Both the position numbers and the translations under genes were made by a program. From contig CAWHEP010000008.1 in assembly GCA_963828525.1 (NCBI GenBank), positions 480,001-544,000 of the forward strand: 64,000 nt of DNA, in the 5' to 3' direction. The notes beneath the pieces were generated by a model. That model was given only the letters and a program-made list of their open reading frames with translations. It was not told the DNA's origin and searched no databases. Below are positions 1 to 11,097 of the stretch, piece by piece (the stretch's first letter is position 1; each line of letters begins with the position of its first letter). Source of the stretch: an uncultured Verrucomicrobiae bacterium. Its GTDB lineage: Bacteria > Verrucomicrobiota > Verrucomicrobiia > Chthoniobacterales > Chthoniobacteraceae.

Positions 1-292
1 CCTTGGGCGGCGCATTCATGATAAGCCGCGAGAGAGTCATCCCAAAGAACGCGATCCGCATCGGTACGGAATCTCACCTCCTCCTGGCCCGCGCGAGCGA
101 GCGGAGAACGGATGGCACACTCACCCAGCGATGGAATGGCAGTTTCGATCACCGGGAGTTCGTGATATTCGGGAAGGCACTTCAAAGCAAGAAGAAGATG
201 TGGAGCATCCCAAACCCTTCGCAAAAATGGTTTTGCGTAGTGGCGCGGCTGCCTGACAGAATGGAAGCAGTCCCTTCACTTGTCCCAATACA

Positions 293-940
293 ATGACGAA
301 ATCTGAAATCATCGAACGCATCATCAATCCTGGCATCGTCGCGGTAATCCGCGCCGATTCATCGGAACAGCTCGTGGCGGTAACTCAGGCTCTTTACGAG
401 GGCGGTGTGACGGGCATGGAAATTACAATGACAACGCCAAATGCCCTTCAGGTCATCAGCGAAGTCAGCAAGAAGATGGGATCGAAAATCCTGATGGGGG
501 TCGGCACTGTGCTCGATACAGAGACGTGCCGCGCGGCAATCCTCGCGGGCGCGGAGTTCGTGGTGACGCCCGTGACAAGGCCAGAAGTGATCCGGCTTTG
601 CAACCGCTACGGGAAGCCCATCGCGAGCGGCGCGTACACGCCCACGGAAGCTCTCCTCGCGCATGAATCAGGCGCCGATTTTATCAAGATCTTCCCGGCG
701 GATCAGCTGGGGCCGACCTATATCAAAAACGTTCTTGCGCCCCTGCCGATGCTGCGAATCATCCCGACTGGGGGCGTGAGCGTCGAGACCGCCGCAAGCT
801 TCATCAATGCGGGGTGCGCGGCTCTTGCCGCTGGATCGAGCCTTGTGAGCAAAGAGATACTAAAGAACAGCGACTGGAAAAAACTTACCGCGACCGCCGC
901 GGCATTTGTCGAAGCCGTGAAAAAAGCCCGCGGGCTCTAG
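293..940 (+). CDS. eda: KHG/KDPG aldolase
   Basis: AVIRA, MEITMTTP, GVGTV, KIFPA and PTGGVS motifs of the class I aldolase family. Confidence 0.9.
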   Translation: MTKSEIIERIINPGIVAVIRADSSEQLVAVTQALYEGGVTGMEITMTTPNALQVISEVSKKMGSKILMGVGTVLDTETCRAAILAGAEFVVTPVTRPEVIRLCNRYGKPIASGAYTPTEALLAHESGADFIKIFPADQLGPTYIKNVLAPLPMLRIIPTGGVSVETAASFINAGCAALAAGSSLVSKEILKNSDWKKLTATAAAFVEAVKKARGL

Positions 941-944
941 AGCG

Positions 945-1091
945 CTACCGACTGAGCTGCACGCCCGACAATTGCTCCCCGTTCCCGGAGGCAAAGTCGT
1001 CCTGAGAAAACATACTAAACATCAACCAAACCACCATTCCAAACGCCGCAATGGTGAGAAGTGCCAGGACGGTATGACCAAAGCGTCCCAT
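945..1091 (-). CDS. small single-pass membrane protein (48 aa)
   Basis: Hand-translated MGRFGHTVLALLTIAAFGMVVWLMFSMFSQDD..; GGGAG 4 nt before ATG; not in ORF track. Confidence 0.45.
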   Translation of the reverse strand: MGRFGHTVLALLTIAAFGMVVWLMFSMFSQDDFASGNGEQLSGVQLSR

Positions 1092-1242
1092 CTTACTCCC
1101 AAGCTGAGTTTTCCCGGGGGACACAAGATACCGGCAGGAGGGGAAGCTGCTGGGGGGCTTCGAACGTCATGACAGGGGATAGACTCTAAAAAACCCCGGT
1201 CGCTTGCAATTGAAAAAGAAAACTTTGTACCGAATGCCGCTA

Positions 1243-1281
1243 CAAACACAAAACGGCGTCAGGATTTCTCCTGACGCCGTT
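1243..1281 (-). terminator. intrinsic terminator after secretin gene
   Basis: 13-bp stem AACGGCGTCAGGA/TCCTGACGCCGTT followed by T-rich tail on minus strand. Confidence 0.7.
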
Positions 1282-1308
1282 GCGTTGCTTCTATCGATGA
1301 AAGAGCCG

Positions 1309-3085
1309 CTACTGACGGTCTGTCGTATCAACCTTGTAGTAACGGGAAACCTTGTCAGGGGCCATCGGCGTGCCAGGCGCTGGGTAATCGGCGGCGTTCT
1401 GACGGTAGGAGGTCGGGACAACGCGGATGGCGCCCTTTGCATTGTTGCGCCAGCCATTCGGATCCGCGAATTCGTTGCCTGAGTGGTGAACCCCCGTGAC
1501 CTGGTCCTCCAGACCGGTGCCATATCCTTGGTCGAGGATGGTCGGTGTGACAAACACGAGAAGGTTGCGCTTCGTGCGGGTGTTAAGATGCTCCTGGAAA
1601 GCATATCCTACAAACGGGAGGTCACCGAGGATAGGCACCTTGTTGGTCGTCTTGATTGTCTCGTCCTGAACAAGACCGCCTATCGCCAGAGTGTCGCCAC
1701 TCTTGATGAGAACGTTGGAATCCAGCGTGCGCTTGTCAATGATCGGGCTGGAGACCGTCGCGCCCGCAAAGTTGAAAGTCTCATCGCCAACCTTGTTGCT
1801 GATTTCGGGCTGCACGCTCAGTGTAATGAACCTGTCCTTGTTGATGATTGGCGTCACCACGAGTGTGTTGCCAAACTCCTTGTCCTGGAATCCCCCGAAC
1901 ACCGCCGTGGCTGTCTGCTCGTTAAAATTCAACTGTGGGACGGGTTGATTCTCGGTGATCTTGATTGTTGCCTTCTGGCCGTTCGCTGTGACGACACGGG
2001 GATTGGCGAGGAACTGCGCGTCTGAATCTTCATTCAGCAAGCGAAGGGTCACCGCCATGGATGGCACGTCCAGGATGGCAAGCTGACCCCCGATGGCGTT
2101 GAAGAACCCTTTGCCTAAAGTCCCACTTCGCAGAAAGTCCTGCGACTGTAGCACTTCCGTTCTGCGTGTTGATGGCGGGCACGGCTGTCAGAACATTAGG
2201 ACCTCCTGGGGTCGCGGGTATTCCGAAGGTTGCAGGGGTGCTGGCGCCATACTTGATGGTCTGAGGAGTTGAGGAACTGCCAAAAACGCCACCCCAGTTA
2301 ACACCGTAGCTTTGCTTGGGGTTCGCGGTTACTTCCACCAGCCGGGCCTCGATCATCACCTGCTTGGTCGGCATGTCGATGGTCTTCAGGAACATCATCA
2401 CGTTTGCAAGATTTGACTTCGTCTCCCGGAAGAAGACGGTGTTCGTGCGGCTGTCCATCTGGGGGTCGGCGCCACTCTGGAGTTGCGTCTTCAAGAGCGG
2501 AGCAGCTTTGTCTACCATCGCATAGCTGAATGTGTAGAAGGCGCTATCTGTGGGTTCCTTCAGCTTTTCTTCCTGCGTCTTTACATAGTAGACGCCATCG
2601 GTCTGCTCAACGATCAGGCCCTTGGAGTTGCAGATGATCTTGATAGTCTCCAATGGGGTTTTGTTCTCCAGCCGCATCGTGACCGTTCCCACGATCTTTT
2701 CGCTGACAACGAGGTCAACCTTGGCCTGGCGCGCCAGGAGACGCAGGACTTGCGCGATGTCATCTCCTTGGAATTCGTTTAGTGATCTGCCGGAGGCGGC
2801 GAGCGTGGTCAGAGCCGGCGCGGATGCGGCAGGTGAAGATCCCGGGGCGCCCGGCTGCGCGCTGGAGGCGACGACTGGGTCAATCGGGGCGGGCTGCTCA
2901 GGAGTAGCTCCTGTGCCGGTTGTGGCGGCGACCGCCGCGGCGGGCGGAGAGACGGGCGCAACAGTGAAAGAAGGGGATGCCGAGGCCGCGGGAGGAGCGG
3001 GGGAAACGGCGGCTGGCGTAGTCTCTTGGGCTTGAGCCGTCGAGAGAGCGCACAAGGCAATGATGATAGGATAGGATTTGTGCAT
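1309..3085 (-). CDS. secretin (PilQ/GspD family), split by a frameshift near 2140
   Basis: Signal peptide, N-domains, QVMIEARLVEV; C-part LANPRVVTANG, IGGLV, KVPILGDLP, LLVFVTPTI. Confidence 0.85.
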
Positions 3086-3138
3086 GGTAGCTTTCCGATT
3101 TCTGGGTTATGAGCCTAGAAAGCAGGAAACAGACCAGC

Positions 3139-3813
3139 CTACGGAAATTTGAGAGTCTCGCTTGCGGCTCTGGTGGCTGCAATAAAGTCCGCCATGGATC
3201 GCCAGTCCTTCAGCCCTGGCCCGGACTCCACACCAGAAGCGACATCCACGGCATAGGGATGGAATCTTTGGACAAGAGCGGCAACATTGCCGGGGCGCAA
3301 GCCGCCCGAAAGGATCAATCGAATGTGTGGGTGCCGCTTCACAAGTCTCTCGACAAGCGACGTGTCAATCAACTCTCCCGTTCCGCCGAATCCACGGGGA
3401 GTGAACGAATCCACGAGAATCGCGCCGGCCGAAAACTCTTCCAAGAGGTCAACCGAGGCCGCATTTTCGAGCGCGATGGCTTTGATGAATGGAACTCCGC
3501 GATCAGCCAAAGCACGGCAAAACGCTGGAGACTCGTCTCCGTGCAGTTGAATGAGATCGATGAATGATAGGGCGGAGATGGACTCCACCTGAGCTAACGT
3601 GGAATTCACAACGACAGCAACCTTCGTCACCAAAGGCGCAACGCGCGACAGCCATGCCGATTCACGCTCGAGATCGATATAGCGTTTCGAACCGGGCCAT
3701 GTATTGAATCCAAGCGCGTCTGCTCCCAACGCCACTGCCGCATCCGCATCCGCCCTGTTGGTGATCCCGCAAATCTTTACCCGCGTTCGAAGCGGCAGGT
3801 CAGGAAGCGTCAT
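3139..3813 (-). CDS. trpF: phosphoribosylanthranilate isomerase
   Basis: VKICGIT, QLHGDE, GGTG, LSGGL, VDVASGVE; ATG at 3813 overlaps upstream stop. Confidence 0.92.
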   Translation of the reverse strand: MTLPDLPLRTRVKICGITNRADADAAVALGADALGFNTWPGSKRYIDLERESAWLSRVAPLVTKVAVVVNSTLAQVESISALSFIDLIQLHGDESPAFCRALADRGVPFIKAIALENAASVDLLEEFSAGAILVDSFTPRGFGGTGELIDTSLVERLVKRHPHIRLILSGGLRPGNVAALVQRFHPYAVDVASGVESGPGLKDWRSMADFIAATRAASETLKFP

Positions 3814-4583
3814 TGAGAGTGAGCGCCGGGCTGGCGATCCGCTCCGGGGAAGACAAGATTCGGGACATCCCTGACAAGCCGCACCAAACCATCCTGCCAT
3901 TTCGCGCGGACTTGCAGCATATAGGGATCGTCTTCTTCCAGGCGGTAGCGGTACTTGATTTCGAACGAATCTTTTTCGTAACAGAACACGTCAAAAGGAG
4001 TGCCGACAGAAACATTGCTTTTCATGGTCGCCTCCAAGGAGAGGACGCCAAACTTTACCGCTTCAATGAGAGACGTGTCGTAAGCGAACCCGCGATCCAA
4101 AAGCGGTTTTCCGTATTTGAACTCACCAATTTGCAGAAAGGGAGAATCATGATCCGCGTGCATGGCGTTACCTTGCGGATAGACGCGAAATATTTGGGGT
4201 GACGAGCCAATGATCTGGCCTCCCATTAGGAAATTCACGTCGAAGTTGTAGCCATCCTTCTCAAGCGCATCACGATCAAGCGCCGCGACTTCGCGAACCT
4301 TCATCCCGAGGTAGCGGGCAGTTTCGTAGAGGCTGATCTGGTTCAATAGATGCGGGATGGCAGGATCTGATTCCGCGCGAAGTGTCTCCTCCTCAACATG
4401 AGCTATAACGGCTTGGGAGAGCGAGAGATTGCCTGAGGTCATCAGGCAAAGGATGCGCTCGCCGGGCTTTCCATAAATGCGAAGCTTGGGGTGGATGGTG
4501 ATGTTATCCATGCCCGCGCTCGTGCGCGAGTCGGAGACAAAGACAAGACCCTCCCGGCAGAGAAGGCTGAGGCAGTAAGTCAT
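3810..4583 (-). CDS. proteasome-type Ntn protease (Anbu-like)
   Basis: MTYC start, SDSRTSAG, QIGEFKYGKP, TMKSNVSVG. Confidence 0.88.
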   Translation of the reverse strand: MTYCLSLLCREGLVFVSDSRTSAGMDNITIHPKLRIYGKPGERILCLMTSGNLSLSQAVIAHVEEETLRAESDPAIPHLLNQISLYETARYLGMKVREVAALDRDALEKDGYNFDVNFLMGGQIIGSSPQIFRVYPQGNAMHADHDSPFLQIGEFKYGKPLLDRGFAYDTSLIEAVKFGVLSLEATMKSNVSVGTPFDVFCYEKDSFEIKYRYRLEEDDPYMLQVRAKWQDGLVRLVRDVPNLVFPGADRQPGAHSQ

Positions 4584-4619
4584 CGACGAAAGAAGATCGA
4601 CTTAGGTAACGGAAACGCC

Positions 4620-5030
4620 TCAAACATCAATGACCCTGCCGCTTACATTCTTGATTTGGTCATGGTGGGTAAGTATCCGCACCCTTCCGTCACTTCCCCG
4701 GAAAAAAGCGCTAAGCAACCAACTCACCAGTGAGATGATGAGGGAGCCGAAGAAAGCCGCGTGAAAGCTGTCGACGAAAAATCCGGGAACCAGACCCGCA
4801 ACCAGATAGAGCATCAGCGCGTTTACGATGAGGATGAAAAATCCCAGTGTGAGGAGAATGAGAGGCAAACTCAGGAGCAGAAGAACGGGGCGGATAAGGG
4901 CGTTTACGATACCAAGAAAAAGGGCGGCAAGCGCCAGCGAGGCAATCCCCGAAGCGTGGATGCCGGGAAGCTGGGCAGCGACAAGAACCGCCACCGTGGT
5001 GATGACCCATCGTGTTACAAAAGCTTTCAT
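4620..5030 (-). CDS. 4-TM phage-holin-like family membrane protein (YvlD-like)
   Basis: LGIVNALIRPVL..LSLPL..LTLGFF..VNALML pattern. Confidence 0.8.
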   Translation of the reverse strand: MKAFVTRWVITTVAVLVAAQLPGIHASGIASLALAALFLGIVNALIRPVLLLLSLPLILLTLGFFILIVNALMLYLVAGLVPGFFVDSFHAAFFGSLIISLVSWLLSAFFRGSDGRVRILTHHDQIKNVSGRVIDV

Positions 5031-5103
5031 TTTGAAACAATTCTCTCTTTTCGATTTACTGACGAGTTCAAAGCGGTATTATCCGCCAAAAATCTGACAT
5101 CAC

Positions 5104-5446
5104 ATGGGGAAAAAGAAAGATTCATCCAAGAAGGTCGACGTAAAGACGGAGGAAATCGCGGAGGCGGTTCCGAAGAGCAAGGCTAAGAAGGTCGGTTCCA
5201 AGGAGGCCCCGGCCGACGGCTCCTGCCCCCGCTCCGGTGACCGGCAAGGCGTCGAAAACGGCAAAGAAGCCAGTGGCGACGAAAGCTGCATTCTCAATCG
5301 CTGACATCTCACTGCGCGCTTATTTCATTTCGGAAAAAAGACGGCAGCACGGAATTCATGGTACTGAACACCAAGACTGGGTGGAGGCCGAACGACAGTT
5401 GAAAGCCGAGCAGAAAAAAAAGGCGACTGCCAAACGCGCCAAGTAG
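5104..5446 (+). CDS. DUF2934-like protein with Lys/Ala-rich N-terminus, one frameshift near 5220
   Basis: ISLRAYFISEKR..QDWVEAERQL in second frame. Confidence 0.65.
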
Positions 5447-5461
5447 GGCGCCTTCTCCCGC

Positions 5462-5893
5462 TCAGCAAAATTGCGAGACCCTCTCTAGCAGCCGTTCGAT
5501 ACTGAAGGGCTTCGCAAGAAGGCCCCGCACACCTGGCTGACGCAGCAACTCCTGCGCTCTCTTCTGAGAGGCGTTGCCAGACATCAGGATCAGAGGGGGC
5601 AGCTTGTGGCCAGCAGGGGCGGCGATGCCATGCACCTTGGCAAGGAGTGAGTATAATAGAGCTCCGTCAATCGATGGCATCGAGAAGTCGAAAATGAGAA
5701 GATCGTATTGCTTCTTGAGAACGAGCTCAAACGCGTACTCGGGGTTTGGTGTTGTATCCACCTCGTAGTGAAGCAGAGCACTGAGCGATTCGCGCAGGAG
5801 CCGAAGAATGGAAACATCATCATCGACCACGAGGATCTTCTTACCGGGAGTAGCCACAGGTTCCCGATTAGGGAAATGAGCGCAGGCTGGCAA
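5462..5893 (-). CDS. single-domain response regulator
   Basis: ILVVDDD, LLIFDFSMP, MSG, LAKPF receiver motifs; true start may be ~5857. Confidence 0.85.
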   Translation of the reverse strand: MPACAHFPNREPVATPGKKILVVDDDVSILRLLRESLSALLHYEVDTTPNPEYAFELVLKKQYDLLIFDFSMPSIDGALLYSLLAKVHGIAAPAGHKLPPLILMSGNASQKRAQELLRQPGVRGLLAKPFSIERLLERVSQFC

Positions 5894-5910
5894 GGGTAAA
5901 GCGCGAAAAG

Positions 5911-6195
5911 ATGGAGGCTGGACAAGCCGCCGGGCTCGGGCAGTTTACAAAGATGGAACGGAACCTTTTCGACGACCTGCGAGCAGCTCTGAAAGAACGT
6001 CTGTTGGTGATCGGCGACAAGGAGGCGCGGGAATCCAATCCGACCGCGCATCTTGAGCGGCTGAAGACGGCATCGCAGGCGATATCGAAGCTTCAGGCGG
6101 AATTGCCCAAAGACGCCGACGCGCGGCTACGGCACTACCTGGATCGATGCAGCTACGACAAAGCGCTCGAATGGATCGACGCTTACCGCGAGTAG
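5911..6195 (+). CDS. hypothetical protein
   Basis: 94-aa helical ORF ending LRHYLDRCSYDKALEWI, convergent with rpsD. Confidence 0.6.
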   Translation: MEAGQAAGLGQFTKMERNLFDDLRAALKERLLVIGDKEARESNPTAHLERLKTASQAISKLQAELPKDADARLRHYLDRCSYDKALEWIDAYRE

Positions 6196-6794
6196 AGCTC
6201 GACGACGAGTTGCTCGTTGACGATCGGCTGAATCTCGTCCCGGGATGGGATGTGAGCAACCTGTCCGGAGAACTGATCCTTGTTCAAGGTCAGCCAGTCA
6301 GGCACCGGTGTGATCTGAGTCAACTCGAGGTATTTTGAGGCCAGCCTTCTTGAACCCGGCTTCTCCTTGACTACGATCGTATCGCCGACTCTTACATTGT
6401 AGGAGGAAACGTTCACCTTGCGTCCGTTCACAGTGACATGCCCGTGGGAAACCATCTGGCGGGCGGCGCTGCGCGAGTTGGCAAAACCGAGCCGAAAAAC
6501 GACGTTATCGAGCCGCGTTTCCAAGAGCTGGAGGAGCGTCTCACCAGTAACACCACGGCGATGCAACGCGGTCTGAAAATAGCGGCGGAACTGGCGCTCC
6601 AGAAGGCCATATTGGTAGCGAAGCTTCTGCTTCTCCGCGAGCGCGAGCGCGTAGTCGGACAGCTTGCGGCGCGACCCCTTGGGGCCATGCATGCCTGGGC
6701 CGTAATTCTTGCGCTCAAGAGCCTTGGAAGGCCCAAAGATGGGAACTCCGTACCTGCGGCTGATCTTTGTTTTGGGGCCAGTATAGCGTGCCAT
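6183..6794 (-). CDS. rpsD: 30S ribosomal protein S4
   Basis: MARYTGPK, LETRLDNVV, VVELYSR. Confidence 0.97.
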   Translation of the reverse strand: MARYTGPKTKISRRYGVPIFGPSKALERKNYGPGMHGPKGSRRKLSDYALALAEKQKLRYQYGLLERQFRRYFQTALHRRGVTGETLLQLLETRLDNVVFRLGFANSRSAARQMVSHGHVTVNGRKVNVSSYNVRVGDTIVVKEKPGSRRLASKYLELTQITPVPDWLTLNKDQFSGQVAHIPSRDEIQPIVNEQLVVELYSR

Positions 6795-6809
6795 ATTCTT
6801 TTCTTTGGG

Positions 6810-7472
6810 TCAGACTCTTCGTTGTTTGGGCGGGCGGCACCCGTTATGAGGCACAGGGGTGACATCGCGAATGACAGTAATGTCGAGGCCGATTGCCTGG
6901 AGGGCGCGGACGGCAGATTCCCTGCCAGCTCCTGGACCCTTCACTCGCACTTCCACTTCCTTAAGACCATGGCCCATCGCCTGGCGACAGGCATCCTGCG
7001 CAACCATCTGAGCCGCGTAAGCGGTGCTTTTCCGCGACCCTTTGAAACCGACTTTGCCCGCGCTCGACCAACCGATGACACCGCCGTTTTGGTCGGTGAT
7101 CGTGACGATTGTATTATTAAAGGTCGCCAGAACGTGAGCAATGCCGCTATGCACATTCTTGCTGCCCTTCGCCTTGATGATCTTCAGTGGCTCCAAACCG
7201 CCATCCAAGGAAAGGTTTTCCTTTTTTGGCTCTTCAGGAGCGGCCGCTTCCTTTTTGGCCTTGGCAGCTTTCGGAGCAGCGGGTTTTGGAGTCTCGACCG
7301 TGGCCGCGACAGGAGCGGCTTCTACGGCGGGCGCTTCCGGGGCTGCTGACGAGGGAGCCGCTTCCGCTTGAGTATCCGCCGCCACCTCAACGTTGGCGGG
7401 AGCCGGAGCTGGCGCCACTGTTTCCGTCTCGGCGGAGGCAGCAGGTTTCTTGGATTTGGATTTTTCGGGCAT
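6810..7472 (-). CDS. rpsK: 30S ribosomal protein S11 with long Ala/Pro/Lys/Glu N-terminal extension
   Basis: [32 protein letters not shown]. Confidence 0.96.
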   Translation of the reverse strand: MPEKSKSKKPAASAETETVAPAPAPANVEVAADTQAEAAPSSAAPEAPAVEAAPVAATVETPKPAAPKAAKAKKEAAAPEEPKKENLSLDGGLEPLKIIKAKGSKNVHSGIAHVLATFNNTIVTITDQNGGVIGWSSAGKVGFKGSRKSTAYAAQMVAQDACRQAMGHGLKEVEVRVKGPGAGRESAVRALQAIGLDITVIRDVTPVPHNGCRPPKQRRV

Positions 7473-7483
7473 AAGCTTAGGGC

Positions 7484-7879
7484 CTAGACTTTTCCTGTCT
7501 TCGCATCCTTGTTGCGGACGACGCCAACAGTCTTGCGCGGTCCTTTGCGCGTCCGGGCATTTGTCGAAGTTCTCTGTCCGCGAACCGGAAGGCTGCGCCG
7601 ATGGCGTATGCCGCGGTAGCAGTTGATGGCCTGGAGACGCTTGAGGTTGCCCTGGAGATCGCGGCGAAGATCGCCTTCGATAAGGATCTTGCTCGCGGTG
7701 ATCATCTGAATGATCTGATTGAGCTGCTCGGGAGAGAGATCCTTCGCCCGCATATTTGGGTCGATGTTCACGCGCTCCAAAATGCCTTTCGCAGTGCTGG
7801 GTCCAATTCCATAAATATATGGAAGTGACGCTTCGATTCGCTTGTCGCCTGGTATCTCAACTCCTAATAAACGCGGCAT
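7484..7879 (-). CDS. rpsM: 30S ribosomal protein S13
   Basis: [28 protein letters not shown]. Confidence 0.96.
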   Translation of the reverse strand: MPRLLGVEIPGDKRIEASLPYIYGIGPSTAKGILERVNIDPNMRAKDLSPEQLNQIIQMITASKILIEGDLRRDLQGNLKRLQAINCYRGIRHRRSLPVRGQRTSTNARTRKGPRKTVGVVRNKDAKTGKV

Positions 7880-7883
7880 AATC

Positions 7884-7997
7884 TTATCCTTGTCTCTGCT
7901 TGTGACGGGCATTCTTGCAAATGACGCGGACGACATTGCCGCGCTTTACAATCTTGCAATCTTCGCAAAGTCTTTTCACTGAGGCTCTTACTTTCAT
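7884..7997 (-). CDS. rpmJ: 50S ribosomal protein L36
   Basis: Hand-translated [37 protein letters not shown]. Confidence 0.95.
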   Translation of the reverse strand: MKVRASVKRLCEDCKIVKRGNVVRVICKNARHKQRQG

Positions 7998-8104
7998 GTT
8001 TTTTACAATGGCCGGAACCTGATCCGGCCTTTCGGAAATTTGTGGGGAATCATCTGTAGCATAAGTTTAAAGTCTGGCAAGAAACGAATGGAGGAATGGA
8101 CAAA

Positions 8105-8869
8105 TTACCTTGAGATCGCCTTCTCACGCCATGTCAGAATTTCCGGCTCGAGTTTCGTGACCAAAACCGTGTGTTCGAAATGTGAGGAAGGCTGTTGGTC
8201 CGCGCTGACGACGGTCCATCCATCACTCAGGATTTTTACAGCGCTGGCGCCCATGTTTACCATCGGTTCAATGGCGAGCACCATTCCCGCCTTCAAACGA
8301 GGACCGCTGCCGCGCTTCCCGTAATTTGGAATCTGTGGTTCCTCGTGAAGCTTGCGCCCGACGCCATGACCCACGAATTCGCGCACTACGCTATATCCAT
8401 TTGCAACAACCTCTTCCTCGATAGAGGCGCAGAGATCGCCCAGACGGCGCCCTTCGCAGGCGTGGGTAATGGCAATCCGCAGAGCTTCTTGGGTGACCGT
8501 GAGCAAGCGCTGCACTTTGGGATCGATGACACCCACAGGCACCGTGGTCGCGGTATCACCCACCCAACCGTCCTGAATCACCCCTATGTCCAGCTTCACT
8601 ATGTCTCCATACTGGATCTTTCGCCGGCCACCGATCCCGTGAACGACCTCTTCATTGATGGAAATACAGATATTCCCGGGAAATCCGCGATAGCCCAGAA
8701 AGGCGCTTTTGCATCGCGATTCAGCCATGAACGTGGCGGCAGCCTCATCCACCTCTCCGGTAGTGACCCCGGGACAGACTACGCTGGAAACACGCTCTAG
8801 AATGGCGCTCGCGGTCTGGCACGAAGCGCGCATCTTCTCGACTTCACGCTCTGACTTGATCGGGATCAT
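8105..8869 (-). CDS. map: methionine aminopeptidase type I
   Basis: SINEEVVHG, GHGVG..LHEEP, AIEPM, HFEHTV. Confidence 0.95.
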   Translation of the reverse strand: MIPIKSEREVEKMRASCQTASAILERVSSVVCPGVTTGEVDEAAATFMAESRCKSAFLGYRGFPGNICISINEEVVHGIGGRRKIQYGDIVKLDIGVIQDGWVGDTATTVPVGVIDPKVQRLLTVTQEALRIAITHACEGRRLGDLCASIEEEVVANGYSVVREFVGHGVGRKLHEEPQIPNYGKRGSGPRLKAGMVLAIEPMVNMGASAVKILSDGWTVVSADQQPSSHFEHTVLVTKLEPEILTWREKAISR

Positions 8870-9525
8870 TCTCTCGTAAGAACGTTGGAGAACAGGTTAA
8901 AGACGGCGTCAGGAGACTGATCGGCCTCAATAACATCCAGGAGGCCGGCTTTGCGGTAGTGGTCGAGAACAGGTTCATTTTTCTCGCTAAACTCCCGCAT
9001 GCGAACCTGCAAGGCATCGGCATTATCATCCGGTCGACGAGCCAGCACGTCCCCACAGCGCGGGCATGGGGAACCCTGTCCGCTTACCTGCCAGCCGACA
9101 GCAACTACGTTACCGCACGCCACGCACACCAAGCGACGCTCGATTCTCCGGCGAACGGTATCAGCGCCGACGGAAAGGAAAACCGCCGCATTAATGGGCA
9201 AATTGGGAGGCGCCAGCAACTCATCCAGGGCAACGGCCTGATTAATTGATCTCGGGAAACCGTCAAACAGGAAACACCCGTCGTTCCTCGCTAGCCATTT
9301 CCTGACAACCTCAATGACGAGTTCGTCAGGCGCGAGAAAGCCGGCGGCTGTGAAAGCAGCCGCTTCCAACCCCAGCTTTGTTCCAGCTCGCTTCTCTTCG
9401 CGAAGGATGGCGCCGGGTGAAGCGGACTCGATGTGAAAAGCGTTCTTGATCATCTCCGCTTGGGTGCCCTTGCCCGACGCGGGCGGCCCCAGTAGAACGA
9501 CCCGGGTTTTTAGCGCCGATCTCAA
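8866..9525 (-). CDS. adk: adenylate kinase
   Basis: GPPASGKGTQ P-loop, DGFPR, Cys4 lid; probable TTG start overlapping secY stop. Confidence 0.9.
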   Translation of the reverse strand: MRSALKTRVVLLGPPASGKGTQAEMIKNAFHIESASPGAILREEKRAGTKLGLEAAAFTAAGFLAPDELVIEVVRKWLARNDGCFLFDGFPRSINQAVALDELLAPPNLPINAAVFLSVGADTVRRRIERRLVCVACGNVVAVGWQVSGQGSPCPRCGDVLARRPDDNADALQVRMREFSEKNEPVLDHYRKAGLLDVIEADQSPDAVFNLFSNVLTRE

Positions 9526-11027
9526 TGCGGGCGATTGGCGATAAATATCACCATGGCGCTCACCAGAACCACCGCGATGCCCACATAAAGCCAAAGCAAC
9601 GCGCCCTGCTGCACCGCCTCGCCTCGTCCCGCCGGTGTCCTGTCAAACCTGCCGCGCAGACGACCTTTCCTGAGAAATCCATCATAATGCCGCTGAATCA
9701 AATGAGTTTCGACCTGGCGCATCGTGTCCAGCATGACACCCACGATGATGAGAAGACTCGTGCCGCCAAAGAACTGAGCCGTGATATATGGGATGCCCAT
9801 CTTTTGAGAAAGCATCTGCGGAAGAATCGCTATGAAGGTGAGAAAGATTGCGCCAGCGAAGGTGAGGCGCGTCATGGTAAAGTCCAGGAAGTCGGCGGTG
9901 GGTTTGCCAGGACGGAACCCGGGGATGTAACCGCCGTATTTCTTAAGATCCTCGGCGATCTGCCCAGGCTGGAACTGTGTCGCCACCCAAAAGTAACTGA
10001 AGAAGAAGATCATGCCGCCGAAAAGAACGTAATGCACATAGCCGGTCGTCATGGCGGCGGCGATCTTCTGCGCGGGAGCGTAATTTTTAAAGGCCATCTG
10101 CGCGATGGTTGTCGGAAAGATGAGAAGCGCCTGCGCAAAGATGATGGGCATCACGCCCGCGTAATTGACCTTCAACGGCATGTACTGGGTCTGACCGCCA
10201 TACACTTTGCGACCGACGACCCGCTTCGCGTACTGCACGGTGATCTTTCGCTGGGCCTGGGTCACACAAATGACCGCAGCTATGACGAAGACAAGAAAGG
10301 CCACCATGAAAACCAGCACGATAGGACTGACCGCGTTCCCCTGCCCTCCGGAAGGAACAAAAGTCCGCCAAGCCTGGATGAGCGCGGCAGGAAGACGGGC
10401 CACAATCCCGACCGTGATGATGAGTGAGATTCCGTTACCGATGCCCCGGTCGGTTATTTGATCGCCAAGCCACATCAGGAAAAGGGTTCCAGCCGTGAGC
10501 GTCAGAACGGTAAGGATTCGAAAGGCCGTTCCGGGATCGGCGACGAGCGGGATACCCATTCTGGCAATGGTATCGGTGATGCCTGGCAGAAACGGATTCT
10601 TGTTGGGGTTCTCAAACGAGAGAGCCAGCAGATACCCTTGGAATATGCAGAGCGCCACGGTCGCGTACCGTGTGTATTGCATGATCTTCTGGCGTCCGCC
10701 GTCTTCCTTGGCCATCTTTGCCAACTGGGGAATCACCGCCGTCAACAACTGCAGCATGATGGACGCGCTGATGTACGGCATGATGCCGAGCGAAAAGACT
10801 GCGCAATTTTCGAGAGCGCCTCCGCTGAAGATGTTGAACAGAGCCGCTACGCTGCCCCCGGATTCCCTGTTAACAGCGGAAAGAAACCAATGCTGAATGA
10901 CGGTTGCGTTAACCCCGGGACAGGAGATCGCGGCTCCAATGCGCACGACCACCAGGATCGCAAGAGTAAAGAGCACCCGATTGCGAAGTTCGGGAATCTT
11001 GAATGTATTCGTGAAGGCTGAAATCAT
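9522..11027 (-). CDS. secY: preprotein translocase SecY
   Basis: LGIMPYISASI, GIGNGISL, AGVMPIIFA, GGTSLLI; start MISAF. Confidence 0.96.
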   Translation of the reverse strand: MISAFTNTFKIPELRNRVLFTLAILVVVRIGAAISCPGVNATVIQHWFLSAVNRESGGSVAALFNIFSGGALENCAVFSLGIMPYISASIMLQLLTAVIPQLAKMAKEDGGRQKIMQYTRYATVALCIFQGYLLALSFENPNKNPFLPGITDTIARMGIPLVADPGTAFRILTVLTLTAGTLFLMWLGDQITDRGIGNGISLIITVGIVARLPAALIQAWRTFVPSGGQGNAVSPIVLVFMVAFLVFVIAAVICVTQAQRKITVQYAKRVVGRKVYGGQTQYMPLKVNYAGVMPIIFAQALLIFPTTIAQMAFKNYAPAQKIAAAMTTGYVHYVLFGGMIFFFSYFWVATQFQPGQIAEDLKKYGGYIPGFRPGKPTADFLDFTMTRLTFAGAIFLTFIAILPQMLSQKMGIPYITAQFFGGTSLLIIVGVMLDTMRQVETHLIQRHYDGFLRKGRLRGRFDRTPAGRGEAVQQGALLWLYVGIAVVLVSAMVIFIANRPH

Positions 11028-11097
11028 GGAAAGTCCAATGTGGCAGCCGCTACAAAGCGTCGCCGCTGGAATACACGGCGGCGGCGCGGCAAAGCCT

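Noticed and set aside
1309..3085. Secretin as the dedicated exporter of the cartridges
   Set aside because: More than 20 kb away across the ribosomal cluster; no linkage evidence, though a type II route is not excluded
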